A DNA stretch of 64,000 nucleotides, taken from positions 94,488,001 to 94,552,000 of the forward strand of contig OX597814.1 of the NCBI GenBank assembly GCA_951406725.2. The letters run 5' to 3'. This document shows positions 26,080-38,899 of the stretch, piece after piece. The translations under genes and the position numbers were made by a program. Within the stretch, counting starts at the first letter, position 1, and every line of letters starts with the position of its first letter. The stretch is from Octopus vulgaris (Eukaryota). The notes under the pieces were generated by a model. It was not told the origin of the DNA and made no database searches. It was given only the letters and a program-made list of their open reading frames with translations.

Positions 26080-26201
26080 TAAATTCTGTTTTAAATGACT
26101 CGCTTTGAGAATTGCATTCGGTACAATGTGTTTATATATGGTAGTTCTGACTTTAAGAGTCCCTCCTAGCGTGTGCCCTCTATACAATATAAATATGTGT
26201 G

Positions 26202-26235
<34 letters not shown>

Positions 26236-26646
26236 TGTATGTATGTATGTATGTATGTATGTATGTATATATGTACGTACGTATATATATATATATGCAT
26301 GTATGTATGTAAGTATGTATGTATGTGTGTGTATGTATGCATACGTACACACATGATATCAGTAAATTCTCTTTAGCATCAATGTAAACAGATTGACATG
26401 CAAGTTGAATTTATGTTTGTCTCCTCCTTTTCCACATTATCTACTGTTATGTTTTGGGACTTACGAGTAACTGGTTTTCCTGTCAAACCATTCATATTGC
26501 CAGCCACCCAGACAGTTTGGACAATTAAGTAAGGTAACTCCAAACAACTGAACCGGATTTCCTTTATATTTTAACATTTCAGGGCAACGAATATTCTCTT
26601 GATTTATGATGTTGATATTTTTATATTATGAAATATATATATATAA

Positions 26647-26829
26647 TGGTTCCAAATTTTGGCACAAGGCCAGCAATTTCGACTGCATCATCCCCAATGC
26701 TCAAATGGTATTTATTTTATCGACCACAAAGGATGAAATGTAAAGCCTTCCCCGGTGGAATTTGAATTCAGAACGCAAATACCTGTAAGCATTTTGCAAG
26801 GTGGGCTAAAAATTCTGCCTGCTCGCTGC
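26647..26829 (-). mobile_element. SINE family B, degenerate
   Basis: ttggcacaaggccagcaatttc...ttttatcgacc...ggatgaaa...ggaatttgaattcagaacg. Confidence 0.7.
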
Positions 26830-27481
26830 TAAAAAAAATATATTTCACATGGTATTAACAAAAAAATAGTAACCATAATATATAAGATATATGAAAAAAA
26901 AAAGTTCATTGAAATAATAAAGTAAATGTATAATTTCTTTGCTAACGAAACTTCTGAATCACATTCACATACATATTGTCAAACTCTCAAATCATACACA
27001 CAAACAACACTCTCAGAGTATATAATTGTGTGTATAAGATAATGCAAAAATAAAAATAGGTACTGATACTTCGGATTTGAATGCACACAGTTGCCTTTAA
27101 TGTTACAATATTTGGTGTAGCTCAGTATTGAATAAAACATATACTTTACCATTGTTCATTGTTTTCTGCATATTGCAAGTAATTTCTATCTGAAACTGTA
27201 ATAGGAGCTAATGTATTTCAAAGGCAAAATAAAGCGGGAAACTTCAGTCGAATATCGGCTTTCGCTATTTCTGAAATTGGATATTTGGTTGTAAAAACCC
27301 ATCTTAAATATTTGCTCGGATATTCTTATGTCTCTTTTCAGAGTGTTGGCTTGGTTGTTCAAATCCTGCTTAATATATTATGGCGTTAGTATACCAACAT
27401 TAAAATCTGCATTATTTCAAAAATGTTACCCTTAATTTTCGCCAGTTTAGTTTTCTTCCTCTAAAATGCAGCATGCATTGG

Positions 27482-27512
<31 letters not shown>

Positions 27513-27553
27513 GTGCGCGCGTGTATGTGTATGTGAATATATATACATATACA

Positions 27554-27595
<42 letters not shown>

Positions 27596-27710
27596 TGAAT
27601 GTATATATGTAGGTATGTATATTCAAAATTTTGATATATGTATATATATATAAAGACGCGTATAAGTTTTATATGACTGTATGAATATGTGTAAGCTAAT
27701 GTCGGGCTAC

Positions 27711-27772
<62 letters not shown>

Positions 27773-27778
27773 TATGTA

Positions 27779-27837
<59 letters not shown>

Positions 27838-28556
27838 CTAAGGAATGTATGCATGTATGCAATACAACACATCTACATTTTGTTAACTCAGAAGGAAATT
27901 TGAAAAAGAGCCACTTACAACTAACTCTCGGTAGAGATATTTCTTCCTCTTCTATTGAAATATTGCGCTTGTTTGCTTTTCTTAGCGATTTTTGTCAATA
28001 AATATCTTTCCTCATTTCATCCTCTCTGCGATCAATACAATTTCAGTTTTGTCAAAATCCTGCCTGCTTTTATCGGCAACTTGTCTCAGTTAATTCATTG
28101 AATACTAAGATTCTCTTTACTGAAACTGCTTTCACGTTTCAATACTCTCATTGTATTGACATTTCTATACTTAATTGTCTCTTATATTGCTCTTATATAC
28201 TGTATACAATATCTTACCTTCTGTTCCTCCCTAACTGAGTATCTCTCTGTGCTACATGCCTCTCTCTCGCTCTCCCCTCTCCTCTCTCGAAAAATAATAA
28301 TAATGATGATAATAATAGCAATAATAATAACAATAGAAACAACAACAATAATAATGATAATGATTTGCAATATTAGCACAAGATGGCATGTTTCTTTTTC
28401 GGAGAGGGTTGGAGGTGGATAATGATTATGTTGATACTTGTATATTAAGGGTACTTATTTTTAACGACCCCGGAAGGACGAAACACCAAGTCAACGTTTA
28501 TATATCCATACATGTGCGTGTAGTGCGTGCGCATGCTTATATATATTTCTATCATT

Positions 28557-28633
<77 letters not shown>

Positions 28634-28647
28634 TACGGCTAGATAGT

Positions 28648-28705
<58 letters not shown>

Positions 28706-28740
28706 TATAGATAGATAAATTCATATATATCGTTTGTGTG

Positions 28741-28807
<67 letters not shown>

Positions 28808-28809
<2 letters not shown>

Positions 28810-29602
28810 CTCCGAAAGACCCGTCCTTGTTTTCTTTGTATCGTCTATCTGGATCTTTTGTTGTCTCTTTCTTGTATCACCTGTCTGGATGTTTTGCGTT
28901 CTTGTCCCATTCTGTATTATATATATATATATAACGGCGTACGTTCACTCTGGTCACTTATATGTAAGTATATATTTATCTAAATCTTGTACGAATCTAT
29001 TCTCTTATTCTTTTATTCTTTCCTTCGTCTATCAACCCATTCACGCTTATTTCGTTCATTCCACTCTCCTTTATTTCCCCCCTCTCTCACATTTCTTTGC
29101 GTTCTCTTCAGGATCATTCCCCTCCTCTTTTCACTTATTTCTTCTGTTCCTCTGCTTCTACCATTCTCTCTTCTCTCCCCACTTTCGGCCAAACCTGACC
29201 TTTCTTTCTTCTTCTGCCGTTGTCCGTGCAACATCTATATCGCTCCCTGTGCTTGTGAAAACTTGTATCCCTGCCGTAAGGCTTTACTCCTACACACGCC
29301 ATCTTAATTTAATTCGTCCTTAGTCGAAAGACACCTGTTGTTATGTCCTGTTATTTGTATTTGTGTAACTTTCTCTGTATTTCCCGTTCTTGTTTTCGTA
29401 TATATTCGCTGATTTCTTCCAATGAATCTAATGCTCTTAGCTTAGATTTTCCTTGGGGCTGGCCAAATTGGAGCAATCTCGAGGATAACCAACCGAAATT
29501 GCAAAGATAATCTGGAACTCGACTGCGGAAAGCAATCTCCTAATGATCCATCCTTGTTTTCTTTTCATCGCCTATCTGGATGTTTTGAGTTCTCCCATTT
29601 TG

Positions 29603-29608
<6 letters not shown>
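28808..29608 (+). mobile_element. Element bounded by degenerate direct repeats (pseudo-LTR-like, about 727-bp offset)
   Basis: tccttgtttc...atcg.ctatctggat...gttct..cccatt.tgtattatata at 28824-28920 and 29551-29608; no credible ORF. Confidence 0.6.
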
Positions 29609-29645
<37 letters not shown>

Positions 29646-29794
29646 AGTAGTTGAATGGATTATCTTATTAAGGATAATTCGAATTAACCGATACCTGGGT
29701 AGCAAATTCACATCAGAAAAAACACGGTTGAAGTTACGTGCCTAGGGCATAGATTACGTGCTTTCGTGTGGAAATGTGTGTGTTTATTTTGAAA

Positions 29795-30047
29795 ATATAA
29801 ATATATGAAAGAATGGAGCTGAACGACGAATTAACAAAATTCCTTTATTTTCGACATATGTTTCGAAGACTGCATATTCTTAATTGCGAAGGATAAGGAG
29901 TACTTTATGCCGCTTTCTGATGAGAAAGCGGTATAAAGTACTCCTTATTCCTTCGCAATTAGGAATATGCAGCCTTCGAAACATATGTCGAAAATAAAGG
30001 AATTTTGTTAATTCGTCGTTCAGCTCCATTCTTTCATATATTTATAT
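29795..30047. repeat. Near-perfect palindrome: about 124-bp arms, 4-nt loop GATG
   Basis: 29795-29918 is the reverse complement of 29923-30047 with 3 substitutions and 1 indel by my count. Confidence 0.92.
29914..29992 (+). ncRNA. Hammerhead ribozyme core (Penelope type) with CTGATGA at the palindrome apex
   Basis: CTGATGA (29917-29923); stem II gaaagcggtata/tatgcagccttc 10/12 pairs; GAAA; palindromic stem III ACATATGT; GUC triplet; stem I weak (3 bp). Confidence 0.65.
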
Positions 30048-30441
30048 CTACATATATGTATATATATGTGTGTATATATATATATGTATGTATATATATA
30101 TAAAATTAGAAAAGGGAGAAAACCAATTCAATTGTAGTTCTCCCTAGACGATTACTAGTACACTCTTTTACCTACCGATCCTGTAGCCCCTGGTAAATTA
30201 TATGCTCTTAAAATAAGCTATAAATGTGGTCCAACCGTTTTGTTGGTTAATCTGTGGTTTTCTCCATCTTCTAATTATTTGCATTAGTTCTTGATAAACA
30301 CTTGTTTATCTTGTTGATATCTGCACTCTGGTGTGCCTGCAAACCAATGCTCGGGGATAATGCAGGTAACGGATATTGATAGTATATAAAATAGTATATT
30401 TTATCCCTTAGTCGGTTACTATAACCCTTAATTCTGTGCAC

Positions 30442-30484
<43 letters not shown>

Positions 30485-31499
30485 CGTGCGCGCCGGCGCA
30501 AGTGTTGTGTGTGTGTGCATACCTATGTGTGAGTGGGTGTGTGTAAATGAGTACCCCGTCTGTTTCGATCAATGGCACAACAGAGTCATTGAATTAGTGA
30601 ATCAACGTGAGAAATGGTTGAGTATTCCACAGATACATCTATCCGTAATATAAGCTTCAAGTAGAATCAGTGTGATAAAGCATGACATGTCTGGACCTTT
30701 AAATTATACGATCATTCCATCTAATGAATCTCAACATATATTCCATGTATACAGTTTGAGTCATTAAATTAAAGACACTTCACTTAAGTACCACGCGCAA
30801 TGTGATGAGCATGAGGCCACATATGTCTGAAGCGCGTTTCTTAACCATTCAGTCAATTAACTGATTGTTTGAACGATCTTGCCATAGATGTTGACGAAAT
30901 CATATTTAGAGATGTTCGGAAAGCTTTGAAGTTATTGAAAGCTAATGAGGTGGGGATAGAAAGTTTCATGTGTTTTATTTTCAACATGGAGGGAATTTAT
31001 GGAGATAATGCTTAGCATGATTCGGTATGATCAAAAAAATGCCAGAAAAGTGAAAATCAGGGCTCATTAGGGCCCTGCCAAACTGATGTGGAACTATTTC
31101 GTCCTGGTACCCACTAAGTTGCACTTATTAGTGATAATATCAAATATGACGTGGGAGACAATTTACAAAACATACCACTACTTCATAATTACTGGAAACA
31201 GATCATGCACTGATGTCAATTTGCGTAGCAACGGGTAGTTGAAAACAGCATAAATACAAATTAGCTGTAACCCCTAACTTTGCCAGCCCTCCAAAGGTGT
31301 TTTGCTGTATAAACAGAAGTTCTGACTATTGTACATGTCATAATGAAGGAATGGCAGTTTATTTTACAGTAAAATGGATAATATTAGACAAGGCTATAAA
31401 ATCTGTATTACTTGAGTGTCATTTGATAAATTTTTCAATGCGGCATCGAGAAGGACACGACTCAAATGGTACCATGACAAAATGTTATGGTATTTAGAC

Positions 31500-32050
31500 A
31501 TTTCTAATGACATTGCGTTCATATAAAGGAAATTAATGCAAAATGTGTAAAACCACTGGTGCCCGATGAACCTTATTTAGTCTGCTTCAACAGTACATAA
31601 AATGTAACGGAAGGAACTGGTCGGTGGGTCCAAATTAAACGTAGAAAGCATGGATAGCATTCTGTAGATTTTCTATTTCCAAAGTAAAGACGTCACAATA
31701 AACGCTAAATTTGCAATTAATTTTTCAATGTCAGTGATATTGAAAGAGATCAACTGTACAAAAGCGAAGAGAAAACCTGAATGCATTGCATCTAAGCTAT
31801 CAGAACATTATCCTGCGTGTGATAAATGAGGAACGAATCATCCTTACGGAAATATAATGCAGAACAGGAAATACGGACCTAATGGTAATGCTACAAAGAT
31901 GAAGGTTAAGATTAATGGGTCATGTATTGAAAACGAATTCTGAAAAATATCGATAGAAGCAATAGAGTGGAAATGAGAAACAGAAAGGCCTCAGCTGGCA
32001 TGGCAGTGTTGTATAACATCTTATAAAAAGTGTGAAAAATACTTGTCATA
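31500..32050 (+). pseudogene. Highly decayed RTE-like LINE 3' relic
   Basis: LMVMLQR*RLRLMGHVLKTNSE resembles the RTE C-terminal RRLRW.GHV.R motif. Confidence 0.45.
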
Positions 32051-32749
32051 GAGTTGAAGGGTTGACGGACTAAAGTATGGCAAAGAATGACTGGATTGCA
32101 TTTTACCTTGTTTGACTGCAAAATGGTACAAATCAAAAACATGTGGAATGAACTTTTGCATTGGCTTAACTTTTTAATTATTGTAAGGCGATGATTTTCA
32201 CATATCACAGAACTGTTTAAGCAGAACTGCTGTACCAGTATGCTTTATGGAGATTTGGTAATGGCCAGGTATTATTGCAAGAGAAAGAATGTCGGAACAT
32301 ATCCATAATCATGGGCCTGTAGAAACTCTTAGAAAATATTGCTCAATTGATTTTCATTCGTCCTCAGAGCATCCATTTCAATTAATGCTCTATAACGAAC
32401 AACCGTTTGTGTTTCACATGCTTGTGGGATTGACTGGCAATCCAGATGCCAGAAATTCAACCTTATCCCGTTTGTCACATAACTACAGTAGTATTAAAGA
32501 CACAAGCTTTGTGAAAGAAATGCTGAAAAAAACCGTGTTCAACTACCCATCCCCTAGATGCAGGTTTGGCAATTCGGATTATGGTAATTTTAATAATGTT
32601 TCCACAATAAGCAGGTTACTGAAAACATCATACAGAATGATGTCATGAATCTAAAAAGTATTAAAGTCATTTCAAACCTTTAAATAACAATATATGAAGC
32701 GAGTTGCTTATAGGCATAAACAGCGTAATCCGTGTTCTTTACTGAAATA

Positions 32750-33986
32750 TTAGGTTGTTCCGAGAATAATAGCCGCTCTAAGTATTCTGTCTTGAAACGC
32801 AATTTTATCTAGTATTTTAATTGTATTTTAGGTGAATTTCGATATACTTAATAACTGACGTATGCTCTATAATATTATTCTACTTATTTCAAACAGAAGA
32901 CATTCTTGAAGCATAGGCATAAGCGCCCATTATTATGAGCGTGACAAAAAAAAGTACCTTGGTTTACTTTTCTTGCATGAGTTCAAGCTTGGTCACAATG
33001 CCTCCCAAACTGCTTCCTATATCAATAGAGCATGGGGTGATGGGTCCACAAGTGATCGCACAGTACGAAGGAGATTTCAGATATCCCGTAGTGGTGATGA
33101 AAGCCTTGAAGATGAAGAAGGTAGAGGACTGTCATGCAGTCTTGACAATGAACAAGTGAAAGCAATTATTGAATAAAACAGACGTCAAAGTGTCAGGGAA
33201 ATGCCTCAGTCACTTGGTGTCGGTATTGCAACGGTTTCACGCAACCTACAGAAGATTGGTAACGTGAAAAAGCTCGATAAATAGGTAGCGCATGAGCTCA
33301 ATGAAAATGAAACAGTCCTGCGTTTTGAAGTGTGCTCCATGCTCTTTCTGCGAGACACCAATGATCCTTTTCTTGGCCGAATAGTCACTTGTGACGAAAA
33401 GTGGATTCTTTATGATAACCGTAAATGATCAGGACAAAGGCTTGATCCTGATGAGTTCCCAAACATTTCCAAGGCCAGAGTTGCCTCAGCAAAAGATTAT
33501 GGTGACTGTCTGGTGGTCTGCAATTGGTGTTGTGCATTACAGCTTTCTGGAAGCTGATCAGAACATTACAGCAGAGGTTTACTGCAATCAACTCGCTGAA
33601 ATGCATGTTCACTTGCAAAAAAATGAGGCCTGCATTGGTGAATCGGCGTTGCAAGGATGACGCTGCAGAAATTTACAGGCTTGGGATTCGAGACTTTACC
33701 ACATTCTCCATATTCTCCTGATCTTTTACCTACTGACTACCATTTTCTTAGGCATTTAAATACATTTTTAAGTGAGAAAACTTTCCGGTCCAAACCAGAG
33801 GTGGAATCAGCTTTCAAAGATTTCTTAGCATCAAAGCAAATAAGTTTTTATCAACGATGCATAAATAATCTCGTTGATCGTTGGCAGATATGCATAGATG
33901 TTCACGGCTCATACATTTCCATTGTTAATCTTTTTCAGAACAAAATTATATTTCTGAACTCGGCCATTATTTTCGGAACAACCTAA
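32750..33986 (+). mobile_element. Full-length mariner element with defective transposase
   Basis: TIRs ttaggttgttccgagaataatagccg / cggccattattttcggaacaacctaa; TA on both sides; about 1.24 kb. Confidence 0.95.
32935..33915 (+). pseudogene. Mariner (DD34D-type) transposase pseudogene
   Basis: HEFKLGHNAS..AWGDGSTSDRTVRR, *VAHEL (WVPHEL), IVTCDEKWILYDN, MVTVWWS, HSPYSPDLLPTDYHF; several stops and the HDNARPH (second Asp) segment is missing. Confidence 0.92.
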
Positions 33987-34920
33987 TATCTTGCCTATGG
34001 ACTTAATCTTTTACTAGCAACGCGCTTTTCAGCGAATTGCATGGTATCATATAGATATACTGAGCTGCAAATGGATGTGCATAACCCTCAAGTATTATAC
34101 AAACCTACTAGTTTTATTTTAGATTTAAATATATCTAGAAGTAATGTCTGCCATTCCATTTGTTACATATATCATGTTTTGTTGATCTAAATTAGATTTG
34201 ATTTCGTTGTGTTCTGTTTCTATAAGTATATTCAGTTAGTTTTGATAGTTGAAACCCCATTTTCATATCCTTTCCTACATATAATCTACGAGAATTAATA
34301 GACGATATTGCAAGGAAGGTGTTAATACAGAGATGCAGGATTTACTAACATCATATAGAAATAATGGTTAAAAGGATGTTTTTTTCTTTCACCTATGTCA
34401 TAGTCACATACATTATTTTCTATCATACATTATTCTCTCCTGCTGTCCCTGACAATATACAGCTCTATTTTCTTAAAAACCACTGCATCAATGGTTAGCA
34501 ACCGTTTCCAATTTCTCTATTCTGTAGTCCCAACATGATTCTTTACCACACATCTGTTATCTCTTATAAATTTTGTCAATTATTTTAGTGTATAATTTTG
34601 CATGACGTCTTTTTGTGATTCGTCCTTTCACTGCATAAAAGATGACACAAAATACGCAGCTTACTTCTAATTTTCCATCTCACATTTAAAACGACTCCGA
34701 TTTAATCTTATATCAACGTTATTTCAATAGATGACTGGCTGCTAAAAAGGTCAGAGAAAATCTAATATATCATTGCTTTGCTGGTATGTAATCAAATACC
34801 GAACCGAAGCAGGACATTCAAAAATTTCAACGTCTATCTCTTTAGCTTTCTTAGTTTCTCTTACAGTTTAATCAGTTTATGTGTATGTGTGTGTGTGCAT
34901 GTATGTATAAATGTATGTAC

Positions 34921-34979
<59 letters not shown>

Positions 34980-35035
34980 TTGATAGATAGATATACACAT
35001 ATATATACGTACTCCCATGAATGTATATATGTATA

Positions 35036-35087
<52 letters not shown>

Positions 35088-35138
35088 ACTTACAGCCGTA
35101 CAACTATCACAACCACCAATATATAGAAATAGGTGCGC

Positions 35139-35169
<31 letters not shown>

Positions 35170-35654
35170 CACGTGTGTATGCGTGTGTGAGTATACGATT
35201 CGTTATATAAGTATACGCATTAATACAAACATATATGTATTGACGGAGCTACTGAAAACGATGCACACATATATACATATGTAAATAGATGCACATCAGT
35301 GTGTTTGTATACGCGTATTTGTGTGCGTTTATACACTTGTAAGTGTGTTCGCTTCATTGTGTATGCGATTTTTACTTTCTTGTAAATCTACAATAGATCA
35401 ACCTATGTATCCAACATATTAATACACATACATTCAACATCGAGACAATGGAGTATGTTGGGGAACGAATTATGCAACAAACGAAAGAAGATATATATGA
35501 TCAAAGATGTTTTAGTTCCGTGAATGAGAGACGATTGTCCTTCAACTAGTTTTAGGAAACAGAATCAATCTACCTTTCTATATGTTTCTTTGGTAACCTA
35601 CATATAGCCAGGCATTTCTCGGTCTTTGTAAGTGTATTAGTCACTCTGTATCCC

Positions 35655-35720
<66 letters not shown>

Positions 35721-35766
35721 AACACACATAGACACATACATATACATATATTTATAACAGCATATA

Positions 35767-37327
35767 CAGTTGCGGCCAAAATGTTCAGAACGGCATTGTT
35801 TTCGTCGAAAAGTAAGTATAAGTTTTTATCAAAGTAGTTTTATATTCTATAATTTTTACAGACTATAAATACAATATTAATTGTTATTGTCTGAGGTTTT
35901 AGTGTAATTTGAGAGGATAATACAAAAGTTATGGATGATTTAGGGATTTTCTGCAAAACCCATGGCGGCCAAAATGATCAGAACGGTTGCAAAAATAACA
36001 AAATAATCAAAAGTGACAGAGAATACTGGAATTATTTAATATTTAGTGTAAAGCCCTTTAGCTTCAATCACACTCTGACATCTTCGACTGCATGAGGAAA
36101 TTAAATTTTCAATTTCTTGCTGGGTGATCTTATTCCATTCTTCCTGAAGGGCATTCCATAATTGCTCAGTTGTTTTAGGATTTCTGGCTTTCGAACGTTC
36201 TCCTAGAATAGTCCACACATTTTCAATAGGATTTACATCTGGGCTTTGAGCTGGCCAATCCATAACAATAACCTTTTCATCCTTAAGGAAGTTCATGACC
36301 ACCTTAGCCTTGTGACATGGGGCATTGTCCTGCAGGAATATGGGTGGTCGCTTAGTTGAATTTCTCAGCACAGGCAAGACATGATCAGTTACAAGTTGTT
36401 TATAAACTCCTGCATTTAACTTTCCATGTAATCGCACCAAAGGGCCCACACCATCTCCAGATATCATTCCTCAAACCATGACACTTCCTCCACCGAATTT
36501 AACACTAGTCTTAAGGCATTTAGGCAACAATTTTTCACCTACTTTTCTACGAGCCAAATAGCATAAACTTAGATTCATCACTGAAATGCACCGTTTGCCA
36601 TTTTTCTTGAAACCACAACACATGTTCGGTTGCAAAGGTAAGACGACACTTTTTATTCTTGGAGCTGATCAGTGGCTTCACTGCAGGTGCTCTTGCTTGT
36701 AGGTCATGTTCAACTAAACGACGAGACACAGTTTTTCGAGATAAAGTTTTCTTCAATACAATGCCCATTTTCCGAGAAACAGCAGCAGCAGTTTTAAATC
36801 GTCGTGTTTCATGGCCAACCTGCAAACTTTCTTGCTTCACACGAAGCACAATCATCGTAGACCTTAAGAATACCGTGTACAACACTTTTTGACTTGTTAA
36901 CAATATTTGCAATAGATCCAATACTTAAATAATCCTTCCTTCGAAGCTTAATAATCTGCTGACGAATTGGTAACGGAGTAAGTGGCATTATATTAACAAA
37001 GTACACTGCAAATATTCTTACTAATGTTTAGTAAACGAACCGTCACGTAAACAAATTCAAAACATTAGAGTTCGCCGGTTAAATATACTAAAACACGTAG
37101 TAAAAGCAACCGTTCTGATCATTTTGGCCGCTATGGGTTTTGCAGTAAATCACTAAATCATCCATAACTTTTGTATTATCCTCTCAAATTACAGCAAAAT
37201 CTCAGGCAATAACAAATAATATCGTATTTATTGTCTGTGAAAATTATAGAATATAAAACAACTTTGATAAAAAATTATATCTACTTTTCTGACGAAAATA
37301 ATGCCGTTCTGAACATTTTGGTTGCCA

Positions 37328-37330
<3 letters not shown>
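35767..37330 (-). mobile_element. Tc1-family transposon with long IR/DR terminal repeats
   Basis: About 225-bp TIRs (35767-35990 and 37106-37330) starting CAGT, TA on both sides, each with ggccaaaatg(t/a)tcagaacgg-like repeats at both ends. Confidence 0.95.
36036..36988 (-). pseudogene. Tc1 DD34E transposase, inactivated by nonsense and frameshift changes
   Basis: HFSDESKF, FLQDNAPCH and WPAQSPDVNPIENVW with 34 residues between D and E; N-terminal HTH; stops near 36809, 36547 and 36471. Confidence 0.93.
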
Positions 37331-37381
<51 letters not shown>

Positions 37382-37429
37382 TATGTATGTATGTATGTAT
37401 GTATGTATGTATGTATGTATGTATATACA

Positions 37430-37873
37430 GGAGACCTCCGCTACCTTGCGATCATATCCTTCAATAAGTACGGCTTCGGAAGTAAATACTGACCAAAACC
37501 GGTAGTGGGAGTTCCTAAGACAGTACCACGCGACGTTGTCTACACGCTGGTTCTAGCAACTTTTGCGCTGACGCTGGTGCCAAATTGTAATGGCCGTAGT
37601 GTTCTTCTGGATACATCAGTGGCGTGAGGAGGGGCGAGGGAAACTTTGCAAGGGAAACAACCTGTCTTCCTTGGCCTACTGCTCAAGATTGGATCCTCTC
37701 GAGCACCTTATACTGAAGAGATACAACCGTACAAATTATGCAGCACATGAGTAGCCCGCAAGAGCGTCTTGCGCATCGAATTATTCAGTAACAAACAGCT
37801 CCGTGCCTATAGGATTCGGGGCGGTGTGTATCTATGAACTTTACCCATGGTCATTTATGTCAGAGAGAGGCCT
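37430..37873 (+). mobile_element. GC-rich retroposon related to the body and tail of SINE family C
   Basis: ggtgccaaattgtaatggcc...ggatacatcagtggcgtgaggagggg and cccatggtcatttatg resemble 63395-63456 and 63542-63557. Confidence 0.55.
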
Positions 37874-37894
37874 TATAAATACACACGCACACGT

Positions 37895-37933
<39 letters not shown>

Positions 37934-37943
37934 CACACACATA

Positions 37944-37978
<35 letters not shown>

Positions 37979-38899
37979 TTATGAGGCATCTCTCATAAAT
38001 TACCCTGGGTAAAGTTCCTAGATTCTCCCCGCCCCGAATTCTACAACCTAGCTAGTTTCAATTCAATAATTTTTAGTTTTTATGGTTTTTAGGTTTTAGT
38101 TTTCTTAATTTGTAATTTTAAGTTTATGCTTTGTTTTGATTCTTAATTTAACTTTAATTCTTAGTGTTTTAGCTTGTATCATTTAATTGCTATTAAGCTT
38201 CAACTATTATTTTTAATATGTACTAACCACTAAACTATTGTTTTTTGTGACCTTACCTAGATTGGCCCTCTAACCCCACTTTACTGAAACTTTAACGTGT
38301 GACCTCTCACCTCGATGAAATACTGACATATCTCTATCATTACGTTTACTTTTATTTTATTTTTATTTTCATTTTATTTTTACCCTTCTACCCCATCTCA
38401 TTTTCAATCCTTTCTCCTCTTTCTCTCATATATACCCACGCACAAAACCCATTTATGTCTATCTTACTTTCACGCTCTATATACATTTACATGTTATCTA
38501 TCGCTTCAATATGAATACGTCATTCATAATACTGCCAAAATAACGCCTGGATTACCTGGGATTTTAACAAAGGACTTGTACCTTCATGGAAGTACCGACT
38601 AACATCCATATCCTGTGGAAAAAGATGAGTTGTGAACATTATTCTCCTGCCTGTATTCTTCTAACTACCTTTATCCTTTATTCTTCTGTCTTATTCCATA
38701 TAAACCCTGATGTGCAAAAATCTCATCGATACAGATAATGAAATTTGTTCTTTGATAAAATATCAAAAATTTTTGGGGTTTTTTTTGTTTTTTTTTTACT
38801 TCAGTATTTTAAACTATGATTTATTTACACGTATAATCATCATTATTATCATTAAGAAATAATGAAAAAGATGTCAGATTAATGTAAACTTTCCTACTA

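Larger units (their letters stand above)
25203..26195. mobile_element. Non-coding hammerhead-bearing element: about 473-bp unit as a partial tandem plus a fold-back inverted copy
   Basis: Arms 25317-25759 and 25773-26195 are near-perfect reverse complements; 25203-25285 directly repeats 25677-25759; one hammerhead per unit. Confidence 0.85.

Noticed and set aside
25203-26195. Assembly artefact explanation for the large inverted repeat
   Set aside because: The arms differ by several substitutions and an indel of about 18 bp, arguing for a real, slightly aged structure; long reads would settle it.
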